A stretch of 64,000 nucleotides of DNA from an uncultured Planctomycetales bacterium. GTDB taxonomy: Bacteria; Planctomycetota; UBA1135. The notes beneath the pieces were generated by a model. It ran no database searches. It was not told where the DNA came from and saw nothing but the letters and a program-made list of their open reading frames with translations. Below are positions 44,582 through 52,811 of the stretch, in pieces (position 1 is the stretch's first letter; each line of letters opens with the position of its first letter). The DNA lies in contig CAYFGE010000004.1 of the NCBI GenBank assembly GCA_964342475.1, positions 14,796 through 78,795 on the forward strand. Reading direction: 5' to 3'. Position numbers and translations under genes: made by a program.

Positions 44582-45754
44582 TCAGAAGATGTAGCCGGCC
44601 GAGAACTCGAGCACCTTGGCGTCGCTGGCGGAACCGGGGAGGTCCTGGTCCTGCAGGTCGGCCTTGAACACGAGCTGGGGCAGGGGCTGGTAGGCCACGC
44701 CCACGGTGATCACGGTCGCCGCGGTGTCGGCGGCCGCGTCGGCGGCGAGGTCGTACTCGCTGTAGCGCAGGAAGGGGGTCAGGGCCCTCCCGGTCCCGGC
44801 GAAGACGTCGTAGCCGGCCTCGAGGTACCAGCCCTCCACCTCGTCGCCGAGGTTGCCGAGGGTGGTCGCGTCCTCCATCTCGCCGGAGGCCCACAGACCG
44901 CGCAGGCGCAGGGCCTCCCAGTCGTACTGGCCGTGGAACTCGAGGATGGTGGTGTCGAAGTCCGGGCCGCTGCTCGGCGCGGACTGGTCGGCCTTGCCGA
45001 GGTAGGCGGAGCCGCCGACGAGCAGGCCGTCGACGCCGCGCCAGTCGAGGCGGCCGACCCAGGCCAGGTTCTCGGCAGCCGCCTTGCTGCCCTTCTGGCG
45101 CGCGCTGCGGAAGCCCTGGTCGTCCAGGCTGCTGCCGAGCTTCGAGGCGTCGAAGCCGGTCAGGACGTAGGTGCGGTAGCTGAAGTCGCCGAAGTCGCCG
45201 AAGGCGCCGACCGCGTTCTCGTGCCAGGTGCTCGGCAGGACGTAGCGCTCGACCACCGGGCGGTTGGCCGACCAGAAGGTCGTCGGCTCGTGCATCTCGT
45301 TGATCCAGCCCATCGGCACGAGGACGTGGCCGACGCGCAGGTTGAAGCCCTCGGACACGAGGTGGTCGAGGTAGGCCATCTCGAGCGCCACCTCGTCGAC
45401 GTGCTCGATCTCGATCTCGGAGTTGAAGACCCAGCGGTCGTCGAACTTGTAGCCGATGTAGACGATGGCGCGGTAGAAGTCCCACTTCGCCGCGGTCGAG
45501 GTGTCGGAGCTCTTCTGGTAGAGCATCTCGCCGTAGCCGCCGATCGAGATGCCGTCGGTGGAGGCGTAGACCTTGGAGGCCGCCGGGCTGAGGCCGTAGA
45601 GGCTGCCCACCGCGACCGGGTCCTGGCCGACACGCAGGGTCTCGAGCTCCTCGGAGAGCAGCTCGATGCGGCGCGCGAGTTCGGCGTTGCTCGGGGCGTC
45701 CTGCGCGGCCAGCGGGGCGGCGAGCGCGAGGGCGAGGATGGGGGAGAGGCGCAT
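44582..45754 (-). CDS. outer-membrane porin-like beta-barrel with an N-terminal coiled coil
   Basis: ATG 45754 lies 2 nt after the apbE stop. Signal peptide MRLSPILALALAAPLAAQ, coiled coil AELARRIELLSEELETLR, amphipathic strands, and terminal SAGYIF. Confidence 0.75.
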   Translation of the reverse strand: MRLSPILALALAAPLAAQDAPSNAELARRIELLSEELETLRVGQDPVAVGSLYGLSPAASKVYASTDGISIGGYGEMLYQKSSDTSTAAKWDFYRAIVYIGYKFDDRWVFNSEIEIEHVDEVALEMAYLDHLVSEGFNLRVGHVLVPMGWINEMHEPTTFWSANRPVVERYVLPSTWHENAVGAFGDFGDFSYRTYVLTGFDASKLGSSLDDQGFRSARQKGSKAAAENLAWVGRLDWRGVDGLLVGGSAYLGKADQSAPSSGPDFDTTILEFHGQYDWEALRLRGLWASGEMEDATTLGNLGDEVEGWYLEAGYDVFAGTGRALTPFLRYSEYDLAADAAADTAATVITVGVAYQPLPQLVFKADLQDQDLPGSASDAKVLEFSAGYIF

Positions 45755-45756
45755 GG

Positions 45757-46764
45757 TCAGCGGGTGTTCGGGGTGGGAAGGATGCGGTCGGCGAGGCCGG
45801 AGCTGGCGCGCACGCGCAGCTCCCCGTCGGCGCCGACCTGGAGGAGGAGGACCTCGATGCCGTCGTGCTCCTCCGCCCACTCGAGGGCGGCGTCGGGGCC
45901 GAGGACGGCGAGTCCGGTGGAGAGGCAGTCGGCGGCGGTGGCGTCCGGTGCCCAGACGCCGAGGCTGCCGAAGTCGGGCGCGGGGCGCCCGGTGCGCGGG
46001 TCGATCAGGTGGCCGAGGCGTTCGCCGTCGACCTCGATGCCGCGCTCGGAGTTGCCCGAGGTGGCGAAGGAGCCGCCGTCGAGCCGGAGTTCGAGGACGG
46101 CGCGGCCGCGCTCGACCGGATGGGCGACCGGCAGGGCCGCGGCCGGCGCGCCGAGCCAGGCGAGCTGGCCGCCGAGGTCGATGCGGGCGCGGGTGGCGCC
46201 CGCGTCGCGAGCGGCCTCCAGGGCGAGGTCGAGGGCGCGCCCCTTGCCGAAACCGCCTTCCTCGACGCCGGCCCCCGGGTGGCGGCGCACGAAGCCCTCG
46301 GAGGTGAGCGCCAGGGCTCCGGGCGCGGCGGCGGCGAGCGCCTCGGCGAGGAGCTCCGGCGAGGGCCGCCGGCCGCCCTCGCGCAGGCCCCAGGCCTGGA
46401 CCAGCGGCATCATGCCGGGGTGGAAGGCGCCCCCCGTGGCCTCCCTCCAGGACCACGCCGCGGCCAGGTCGGCGCGCAGGGCCGGGCCGAGCGGCTGGGG
46501 GACGCCGACCGGCGCGCGCGAGAGCCGGGAGAGCTCGCTGTCCGCGCGCCAGGTGCTGAGCCGCGCCTCGGTGGCCTCGATCGCCCGCACGGCCGCCTCC
46601 GAGGCGGCCAGGGCGGTGGCGCGGTCGGTCGCCGCCACCTCGAGCTCGAGCCAGGTGCCCATCGCGGCGAGCCGCCGCTCGACCACCGCCTCGGCCTGGA
46701 GATCCTGCGCCGCGGCCGCCGGAACGGCGGTCAGCAGGCTCAGGAGGAGGGCGGCGGCAGGCAT
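45757..46764 (-). CDS. apbE: FAD:protein FMN transferase (ApbE family)
   Basis: ATG 46764. Signal peptide MPAAALLLSLLTAVPAAAAQ. Motifs: GGFGKGRALD, TSGNSERG, GHLIDPRTGRP. Confidence 0.88.
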   Translation of the reverse strand: MPAAALLLSLLTAVPAAAAQDLQAEAVVERRLAAMGTWLELEVAATDRATALAASEAAVRAIEATEARLSTWRADSELSRLSRAPVGVPQPLGPALRADLAAAWSWREATGGAFHPGMMPLVQAWGLREGGRRPSPELLAEALAAAAPGALALTSEGFVRRHPGAGVEEGGFGKGRALDLALEAARDAGATRARIDLGGQLAWLGAPAAALPVAHPVERGRAVLELRLDGGSFATSGNSERGIEVDGERLGHLIDPRTGRPAPDFGSLGVWAPDATAADCLSTGLAVLGPDAALEWAEEHDGIEVLLLQVGADGELRVRASSGLADRILPTPNTR

Positions 46765-46795
46765 CTTGTTGAGACTGGTTCTCAAAAGCGTGGGG

Positions 46796-46802
46796 TAGGA
46801 TA
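46796..46802. promoter_or_regulatory. TAGGATA element in the divergent apbE/deoA spacer (TAGGAT on the plus strand, TATCCT on the minus strand)
   Basis: The context is GGGGTAGGATAGGCC. It lies 8 nt upstream of GTG 46810 on the plus strand and about 32 nt upstream of the apbE ATG on the minus strand. Confidence 0.35.
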
Positions 46803-46863
46803 GGCCCCGGTGGCGGCCGCGCAAGGGCTTTTTCCTCCCCCGGCGCCGCGGCATGATGCGGCG

Positions 46864-48063
46864 GTGATCGACCGCTGGCTGGAGGAGCGCCGCGAGGGGC
46901 GCGAGCAGGACGAGGCGGCTATCCGCGGCTTCGTGGAGGGGGTGGTGGACGGCAGCGTCACCCGCGCCCAGGCCGCCGCCTGGCTGGCCTTCGTCTACCT
47001 GAAGGGGATGAGCCCGGCCGAGACCGTCGCCCTCACCCGCGCGATGACCGAGTCGGGCGACGCGCTGCGCTGGGAGGGCCTCGACGGCCCCTTCGTCGAC
47101 AAGCACTCCACCGGAGGGGTGGGGGACAAGGTCTCGCTGGTGCTGGCGCCGCTCTGGGCGGCGCTCGGCAAGCGGGTGCCGATGCTGTCCGGGCGCGGCC
47201 TCGGCATCACCGGGGGCACCCTCGACAAGCTCGAGGCCATCCCCGGCTACCGCACCGACCTGGCCGAGCCGGAGCTCCGCGCGGCGCTGGCGGAGGTGGG
47301 CTGCTTCATCAACGGGCAGACCGAGCGGGTCGCGCCGGCGGACCGGATCCTCTACGCCCTGCGCGACGAGACGCAGACCGTGCCCTCGATCCCGCTGATC
47401 ACCGCCTCGATCCTGTCGAAGAAGCTGGTCGAGGGGCTCGACGAGCTCGTCCTCGACGTGAAGTGCGGAAGCGGGGCCTTCATGGCCACCGAGGAGGCCG
47501 CGCGCGAGCTGGCCGACTCGCTGGCCGGGATCGGCAACCGCGCCGGGGTGCGCACCACCGCCCACCTCACCGACATGTCGCAACCCCTCGGCTGCGCGGT
47601 CGGCAACGCGCTCGAGGTGCGCGAGGCCGTGGCCTGCCTCGAGGGGGGCGGACCGGCCGACCTGCGCGAGCTGGTCCTGCGGCTGTGCGGCGATCCCGCG
47701 GGCGCCGCCGCCCTCGACGACGGCCGCGCGCTGGCGCGCTGGCAGGCGATGGTGCGGGCCCACGGCGGCGATCCCGAGGCGCCGCTGCACGGCGCCGGCT
47801 GCGCGACCGTGGAAATCCCCGCGCCGCACGCCGGTGAGCTGCGGCGGTGTGACGCCGGTCTGCTCGGCCGCGCCGCCTTCCGGCTCGGCGCCGGCCGCAC
47901 CCGCGCCGGCGAGCCGGTCCACTTCGGCGTCGGCCTCGAGGTGCTCGCCAAGCGCGGCACGACGGTCGCGGCGGGGGAGCCCCTCGTCCGCCTGTGGCAT
48001 GCCGACGGCCGCGGCCTCGAGGAGGCCCGCGCCGCCGCCGCCGCTGCCTTCGAGGTGGCCTGA
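46864..48063 (+). CDS. deoA: thymidine/pyrimidine-nucleoside phosphorylase
   Basis: Motifs: DKHSTGGVGDK, SGRGLGITGGTLDKLE, and the C-terminal PYNP domain. GTG 46864 fits the family N-terminus; the longer alternative is GTG 46810. Confidence 0.9.
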   Translation: MIDRWLEERREGREQDEAAIRGFVEGVVDGSVTRAQAAAWLAFVYLKGMSPAETVALTRAMTESGDALRWEGLDGPFVDKHSTGGVGDKVSLVLAPLWAALGKRVPMLSGRGLGITGGTLDKLEAIPGYRTDLAEPELRAALAEVGCFINGQTERVAPADRILYALRDETQTVPSIPLITASILSKKLVEGLDELVLDVKCGSGAFMATEEAARELADSLAGIGNRAGVRTTAHLTDMSQPLGCAVGNALEVREAVACLEGGGPADLRELVLRLCGDPAGAAALDDGRALARWQAMVRAHGGDPEAPLHGAGCATVEIPAPHAGELRRCDAGLLGRAAFRLGAGRTRAGEPVHFGVGLEVLAKRGTTVAAGEPLVRLWHADGRGLEEARAAAAAAFEVA

Positions 48064-48066
48064 GGC

Positions 48067-48684
48067 ATGGCGCCCGGCGAGCCGCTGCTGGTGATCGACT
48101 TCCTCGGTGGCCGCGTCGGCTGGCGCTGGCGCCACGGCGGAGGCCGTGGCCAGGCCATCGCCCGCGCCGTCGGCCTCCGCTCGGGGCGTCCGCTGCCCTC
48201 GGTCGTGGACGCCACCGCCGGCCTCGGACGCGACGCCTTCCTGCTGGCCGTGCTCGGCTGCGCCGTGACCGGGCTCGAGCGCCAGGCCGAGGTCCACGCC
48301 GCGCTGGCCGCGGCGCTGGCCGCCGCCGAGGCGGATCCCGAGGCCGCCGCCGCGCTGGGGGGCCGGCTGCGCTTCCTCCACGCCGACGCCCGCTCCTGGC
48401 TCGCGGCGCTCCCCGCCGCCGCGCGGCCGCAGGTGGTGCTGGTCGACCCGATGCACCCTCCGCGCGGCAAGAGCGCGCTGGTCAAGCAGGAGATGCGCCG
48501 GCTCCGCGAGCTCGTGGGCGCGGACGAGGACGCTGCGGAGCTGCTCGCCGTCGCGCGCGACACCGCCGCCGACCGCGTGGTCGTCAAGCGACCGGCGCAG
48601 GCCGCCCCGCTGGCCACGGACGTCAGCCACGTCGTCCCCGGTCGCTCCACGCGCTTCGACGTCTACCTCGGCGTCCGCGGGTAG
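48067..48684 (+). CDS. rsmJ: 16S rRNA (guanine1516-N2)-methyltransferase RsmJ-like
   Basis: VVDATAGLGRDAFLLAVLGCAVTGLER is nearly identical to the YhiQ/RsmJ SAM motif. Also contains VVLVDPMHP. Confidence 0.85.
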   Translation: MAPGEPLLVIDFLGGRVGWRWRHGGGRGQAIARAVGLRSGRPLPSVVDATAGLGRDAFLLAVLGCAVTGLERQAEVHAALAAALAAAEADPEAAAALGGRLRFLHADARSWLAALPAAARPQVVLVDPMHPPRGKSALVKQEMRRLRELVGADEDAAELLAVARDTAADRVVVKRPAQAAPLATDVSHVVPGRSTRFDVYLGVRG

Positions 48685-48687
48685 AAT
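48682..48687 (+). promoter_or_regulatory. -10 box TAGAAT for nadA
   Basis: GGGTAGAATCCGCC lies 34 nt upstream of ATG 48722. The TAG is the rsmJ stop codon. Confidence 0.55.
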
Positions 48688-48721
48688 CCGCCTTCCCGCG
48701 GTCCGCGGACCCCCCCTGAAC

Positions 48722-49681
48722 ATGACGGCCACCGACCCCCATCTGCTCGAGGTCCCCGAAGCCGCGGAGATCCGCGACTGGGCGACCGAGCGCGGCATCC
48801 TCGTCCTGGCGCACAGCTACCAGGAAGGTTTCCTCCAGGAGGCTGCCCACTTCGTCGGCGACAGCCTCGAGCTGGCCCGCAAGGCCGCCGAGGAGCAGCC
48901 CGACGCGATCTGCTTCTGCGGCGTCCACTTCATGGCCGAGACGGCCAAGATCCTGTGCCCGCAGGCCGAGGTCTTCGTGCCCGACCTCGAGGCCGGCTGC
49001 TCCCTCGCCGAGTCCTGCCGCGCCGAGGACCTGGTGCGTTACCAGGAGCACCTGACCACCAAGCTGGGGCGGCGGCCGACCACGGTCGCCTACGTCAACT
49101 GCACCGCCGCGGTGAAGGCGCAGTGCGACATCATCTGCACCAGCGGCAACGCCCGCGCGGTGGTCGACTCGGTGCCCGAGGACGAGCCGATCCTGTTCGT
49201 GCCCGACCGCCACCTCGGCGGCTGGCTGAACGAGGTGACCGGGCGCGAGATGATCCTGTGGGACGGCGCCTGCCAGGTCCACGAGCTGTTCAGCGTGGAC
49301 ACCCTGCGCGATCTCCAGGCCGCGAACCCCGGCGCGATCACGATCAGCCACCCCGAGTGCCCGAAGGCCGTGCGCGACGCCAGCGACCACGTGCTCGGCA
49401 CGGCCGGGATGCTGAAGCTCGTGAAGCAGGCCGAGGGGCAGACCTTCATCGTGGGCACCGAGGGCAACATGCTCTACCGCTTCCGCAAGGAGGCGCCGCA
49501 GAACACCTACCTCGCCGCCCCGGGCGCGAGCTGCGCCTGCAACCTGTGCCCCTTCATGCAGCTCAACACCCCGGAGAAGCTCTGGGAGTGCCTGCAGCGG
49601 CGCGGCCCGCAGGTCGAGGTGCCGGCCGAGCACGTCGCCGCCGCCAGGCGCGCGCTGGAGCGGATGCTGGCTGTGGTCTGA
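48722..49681 (+). CDS. nadA: quinolinate synthase
   Basis: Motifs: LAHSYQ, FCGVHFMAETAKIL, YVNCTAAVKA, ISHPECP, and CACNLCPFM (the Fe-S cysteines). Confidence 0.95.
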   Translation: MTATDPHLLEVPEAAEIRDWATERGILVLAHSYQEGFLQEAAHFVGDSLELARKAAEEQPDAICFCGVHFMAETAKILCPQAEVFVPDLEAGCSLAESCRAEDLVRYQEHLTTKLGRRPTTVAYVNCTAAVKAQCDIICTSGNARAVVDSVPEDEPILFVPDRHLGGWLNEVTGREMILWDGACQVHELFSVDTLRDLQAANPGAITISHPECPKAVRDASDHVLGTAGMLKLVKQAEGQTFIVGTEGNMLYRFRKEAPQNTYLAAPGASCACNLCPFMQLNTPEKLWECLQRRGPQVEVPAEHVAAARRALERMLAVV

Positions 49682-49717
49682 GTCGGCATCCGACCGGATC
49701 TGTCCCGGAACGGAACG

Positions 49718-49753
49718 AAAAGCCCGGTGCGCCTCGCGGCGCGCCGGGCTTTT
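49718..49753 (+). terminator. intrinsic terminator of nadA
   Basis: AAAAGCCCGGTGCGCC-tcgc-GGCGCGCCGGGCTTTT: a 12-bp GC stem (one G-U pair) flanked by A4/T4. Confidence 0.85.
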
Positions 49754-49774
49754 CCGGTCATTTCCTGTCCCAGG

Positions 49775-49784
49775 GAATCGATTC
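49775..49784. promoter_or_regulatory. perfect 10-bp palindrome GAATCGATTC (operator-like)
   Basis: An AT-rich palindrome with a central CG, located in the nadA-fbaB spacer. Confidence 0.35.
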
Positions 49785-49852
49785 GACGCATTGATCTGTT
49801 GACCGGGTGGTTCCGAAGGCCCGGTCGCTCTTTGAATGCTCCTTGCCGATCG

Positions 49853-49929
49853 CGGCTTCGGTGCACCTCCGGCCCCGGGGTATTGATGGGGATCATTTCC
49901 TGGTTCTCGGGGTGCACCGAATCCGTTTT
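49853..49929 (+). other. long hairpin (15-bp arms, 14 paired) followed by TTTT; possible 3' end of an sRNA or a leader structure
   Basis: CGGCTTCGGTGCACC (49853-49867) pairs with GGTGCACCGAATCCG (49911-49925), followed by TTTT at 49926-49929. The loop is 43 nt. Confidence 0.3.
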
Positions 49930-50064
49930 CCTGCGGAGGGTCCGCGCCGAGAGTCCCTCCAGCCCTTCTGGGGTGTCATCCCGGGCCACGGCGCCGCTCT
50001 CCGGAGCGGGGACGGCCAAGGTTATTCCATTTCCTGAACGGCTCCGGTCGCCCGGGGGGCGGGC

Positions 50065-50070
50065 TAGAAT
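50065..50070 (+). promoter_or_regulatory. -10 box TAGAAT for fbaB
   Basis: GGGCTAGAATGC lies 50 nt upstream of ATG 50121. Confidence 0.55.
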
Positions 50071-50120
50071 GCGTGCCCTTTTCCCCGGGTCCCCCGGCCC
50101 CCTGAATTCCTCCTGAACGG

Positions 50121-51188
<1,068 letters not shown>

Positions 51189-51230
51189 TCCCTCCGGCGA
51201 CCGGCGAAAGCCGTCCAGCTTTTTTCGAGG

Positions 51231-51254
51231 ACTCCAGCCCTGGTGGGCTGGAGT
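51231..51254 (+). terminator. hairpin downstream of fbaB
   Basis: ACTCCAGCCC-tggt-GGGCTGGAGT: a perfect 10-bp stem. A T6 run (51220-51225) precedes the stem rather than following it, so its function is uncertain. Confidence 0.4.
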
Positions 51255-51332
51255 TCTCCGGTTTAGGGATGACCGGTTCCGGCCGATGGCTGGGGAGATG
51301 TCGATTTCCCCCTCCTGAGCCGGAGCCCGGAC

Positions 51333-51338
51333 TAGAAT
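51333..51338 (+). promoter_or_regulatory. -10 box TAGAAT for the beta-hydroxylase gene
   Basis: GGACTAGAATCGAT lies 53 nt upstream of ATG 51392. Confidence 0.55.
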
Positions 51339-51391
51339 CGATACGAAATCGGTTCTTTTCCGGTTCCCCGTCCCTTCGGACCTCCCCGCCG

Positions 51392-52027
51392 ATGACCGCC
51401 CACCCCGAGTTCTTCGACAACGCCGACTTCGCCTGGACCCAGGTCCTGGAGGAGCGCTTCCCCGCCATCCGAGCCGAGCTCGACGCCCTCACCGACAGCA
51501 ACTTCGGGGAGTGGCCGCGGGGGCACATGTTCGACAACAAGTGGAACCTCTTCCCCTTCCTGACCCCGGGGAGGGAGTTCGAGGACAACCAGAAGGTCTG
51601 CCCGGAGACCACGGAGGCGCTCAAGCAGATCCCCGGCCTGACCATGGGTGTCTTCTCCTGGTTGCGGGCGGGTTCGGCGATCAAGCCGCACGTCGGCTTC
51701 ACCGACGTGGTCCTGCGCTCGCACCTCGCGGTGAAGGTCCCGCAGTCCGGGGAGGACTTCGGCTTCCGCGTCGGGGAGACGACGCGGCAGTGGGAGGAGG
51801 GCCGGGTCATGGTCTTCGACGACATGCACAACCACGAGGCGTGGAACCGGACCGAGGAGGACCGCGTTGTCCTCATGATCGACTTCCTGCGGCCGTGGAA
51901 GTGGCGCACCTCCTCGCTCGGCTACCTGCGCCACCGCGTGGCGCTGCCGAACTTCTACAAGCACAGCTACGACCGCGTGTACTGGGAGGCCTCGAAGGAG
52001 GTCGAGGACGAGGACCCGCGGGCCTGA
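51392..52027 (+). CDS. aspartyl/asparaginyl beta-hydroxylase family (2OG-Fe(II)) protein
   Basis: Starts at ATG 51392 in ORF 50192..52027. Motifs: CPETTEAL, IKPHVG, LRSHL, RVGETTRQWEEGRVMVFDDMHNHEAWN. Confidence 0.85.
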   Translation: MTAHPEFFDNADFAWTQVLEERFPAIRAELDALTDSNFGEWPRGHMFDNKWNLFPFLTPGREFEDNQKVCPETTEALKQIPGLTMGVFSWLRAGSAIKPHVGFTDVVLRSHLAVKVPQSGEDFGFRVGETTRQWEEGRVMVFDDMHNHEAWNRTEEDRVVLMIDFLRPWKWRTSSLGYLRHRVALPNFYKHSYDRVYWEASKEVEDEDPRA

Positions 52028-52055
52028 GCGGTTCGAAACGGCGCGCGCCGCGGCG

Positions 52056-52061
52056 TAGGAT
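52056..52061 (+). promoter_or_regulatory. -10 box TAGGAT, 6 nt upstream of ATG 52068 (leaderless)
   Basis: The sequence is GGCGTAGGATcgccgcATG. Confidence 0.5.
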
Positions 52062-52067
52062 CGCCGC

Positions 52068-52811
52068 ATGAGGCGCTGCTCCTACTGCGCGGGTCCGCTG
52101 GCGGACTCGGCGCGCTTCTGCCCGGTCTGCGGGCAGGAGACCGCGGCGTACGTCGAGCTGTTCCGCGACCGGCGGCGCCCGCGGCCGATCAGCTTCCTGG
52201 GGCGCGTCCCGATCCAGGGCGGCCCGGCGCTGCGGACGGTCCTGGCGATCCTCGCCTCGCTGTTCCTGTCGGGCGGCTTCCTGCTCGTCTTCCCCGACTT
52301 CGGCAGCTGGCTGGTCTTCGCCGACCTCCTCATGGCCGCGGTGATCGTGGGCAGCGCCTGGCCCGAGCGCGCCCAGCTGCGCCCGCTGTGGCGGCCGCCG
52401 GCCCTGCGCTGGCTGCTCCTGGCCGTGGCCGGCGCCCTGGCCCTGCCGGGGCTGGCCGAGCTCTACCTCTCGCTGATGCCGGAGGGGCTGCAGCAGGCCG
52501 AGAACCCCTTCGAGGAGCTCTCGCCCGGCCTGAAGTTCTTCAGCGTCTGCCTCATGCCCGGGGTGTTCGAGGAGATCGCCTTCCGGGGCGTGGTTCTCCT
52601 CACCCTGATGCACATGCTGAGGCCGCGCGGGGCGCACCTGCTGACCGCCGTGCTCTTCGCCGGCATCCACTTCAACCCGCTGATCTTCCCGTACCACGTG
52701 GTGGTCGGGCTCTTCCTCGGCTGGCTGCGCCACCGCTCGGGCGGGCTGTGGGCGCCGATCGCCGCGCACACGGCGCACAACGCGGCGGTAGTCTTCCTCT
52801 TCACGCCATGA
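52068..52811 (+). CDS. CPBP family intramembrane glutamic endopeptidase with an N-terminal zinc ribbon
   Basis: Zinc ribbon CSYCAGPL..FCPVCG. CPBP motifs: FEEIAFRG, FAGIHF, AAHTAHNA. Confidence 0.85.
   Translation: MRRCSYCAGPLADSARFCPVCGQETAAYVELFRDRRRPRPISFLGRVPIQGGPALRTVLAILASLFLSGGFLLVFPDFGSWLVFADLLMAAVIVGSAWPERAQLRPLWRPPALRWLLLAVAGALALPGLAELYLSLMPEGLQQAENPFEELSPGLKFFSVCLMPGVFEEIAFRGVVLLTLMHMLRPRGAHLLTAVLFAGIHFNPLIFPYHVVVGLFLGWLRHRSGGLWAPIAAHTAHNAAVVFLFTP

Larger units (their letters stand above)
49759..50036 (+). repeat. three copies of the 9-mer CATTTCCTG at 49759, 49894 and 50028 (spacing 135 and 134 nt)
   Basis: Exact 9-mers in a lower-GC spacer. They fall in different reading frames, so they are not a protein repeat. 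Confidence 0.85.

Noticed and set aside
49774-49790. GGAATCGATTCGACG resembles the GGAUUCGACGG stretch near the 5' end of tmRNA.
   Set aside because: I could find no tag-peptide reading frame, no T-arm (GGTTCGAATCC-like) and no CCA-proximal acceptor complement on either strand within 400 nt. The match is better explained as the GAATCGATTC palindrome.
49886-50116. A 77-codon ORF (MGIISWFSGCTESVFLRRVRAE...) ending 4 nt before fbaB. The longer version starts at 49727.
   Set aside because: About a quarter of its third codon positions are A/T, compared with very few in the real genes here. Its sequence is S/P/G/R-rich. It runs through the TAGAAT promoter box of fbaB, and the longer version starts inside the nadA terminator hairpin.
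51269-51391. An alternative upstream ATG 51269 for the beta-hydroxylase gene.
   Set aside because: The extension crosses the TAGAAT box and has AT-rich third codon positions (cga ttt, cta gaa tcg ata cga aat). The family homology begins at ATG 51392.
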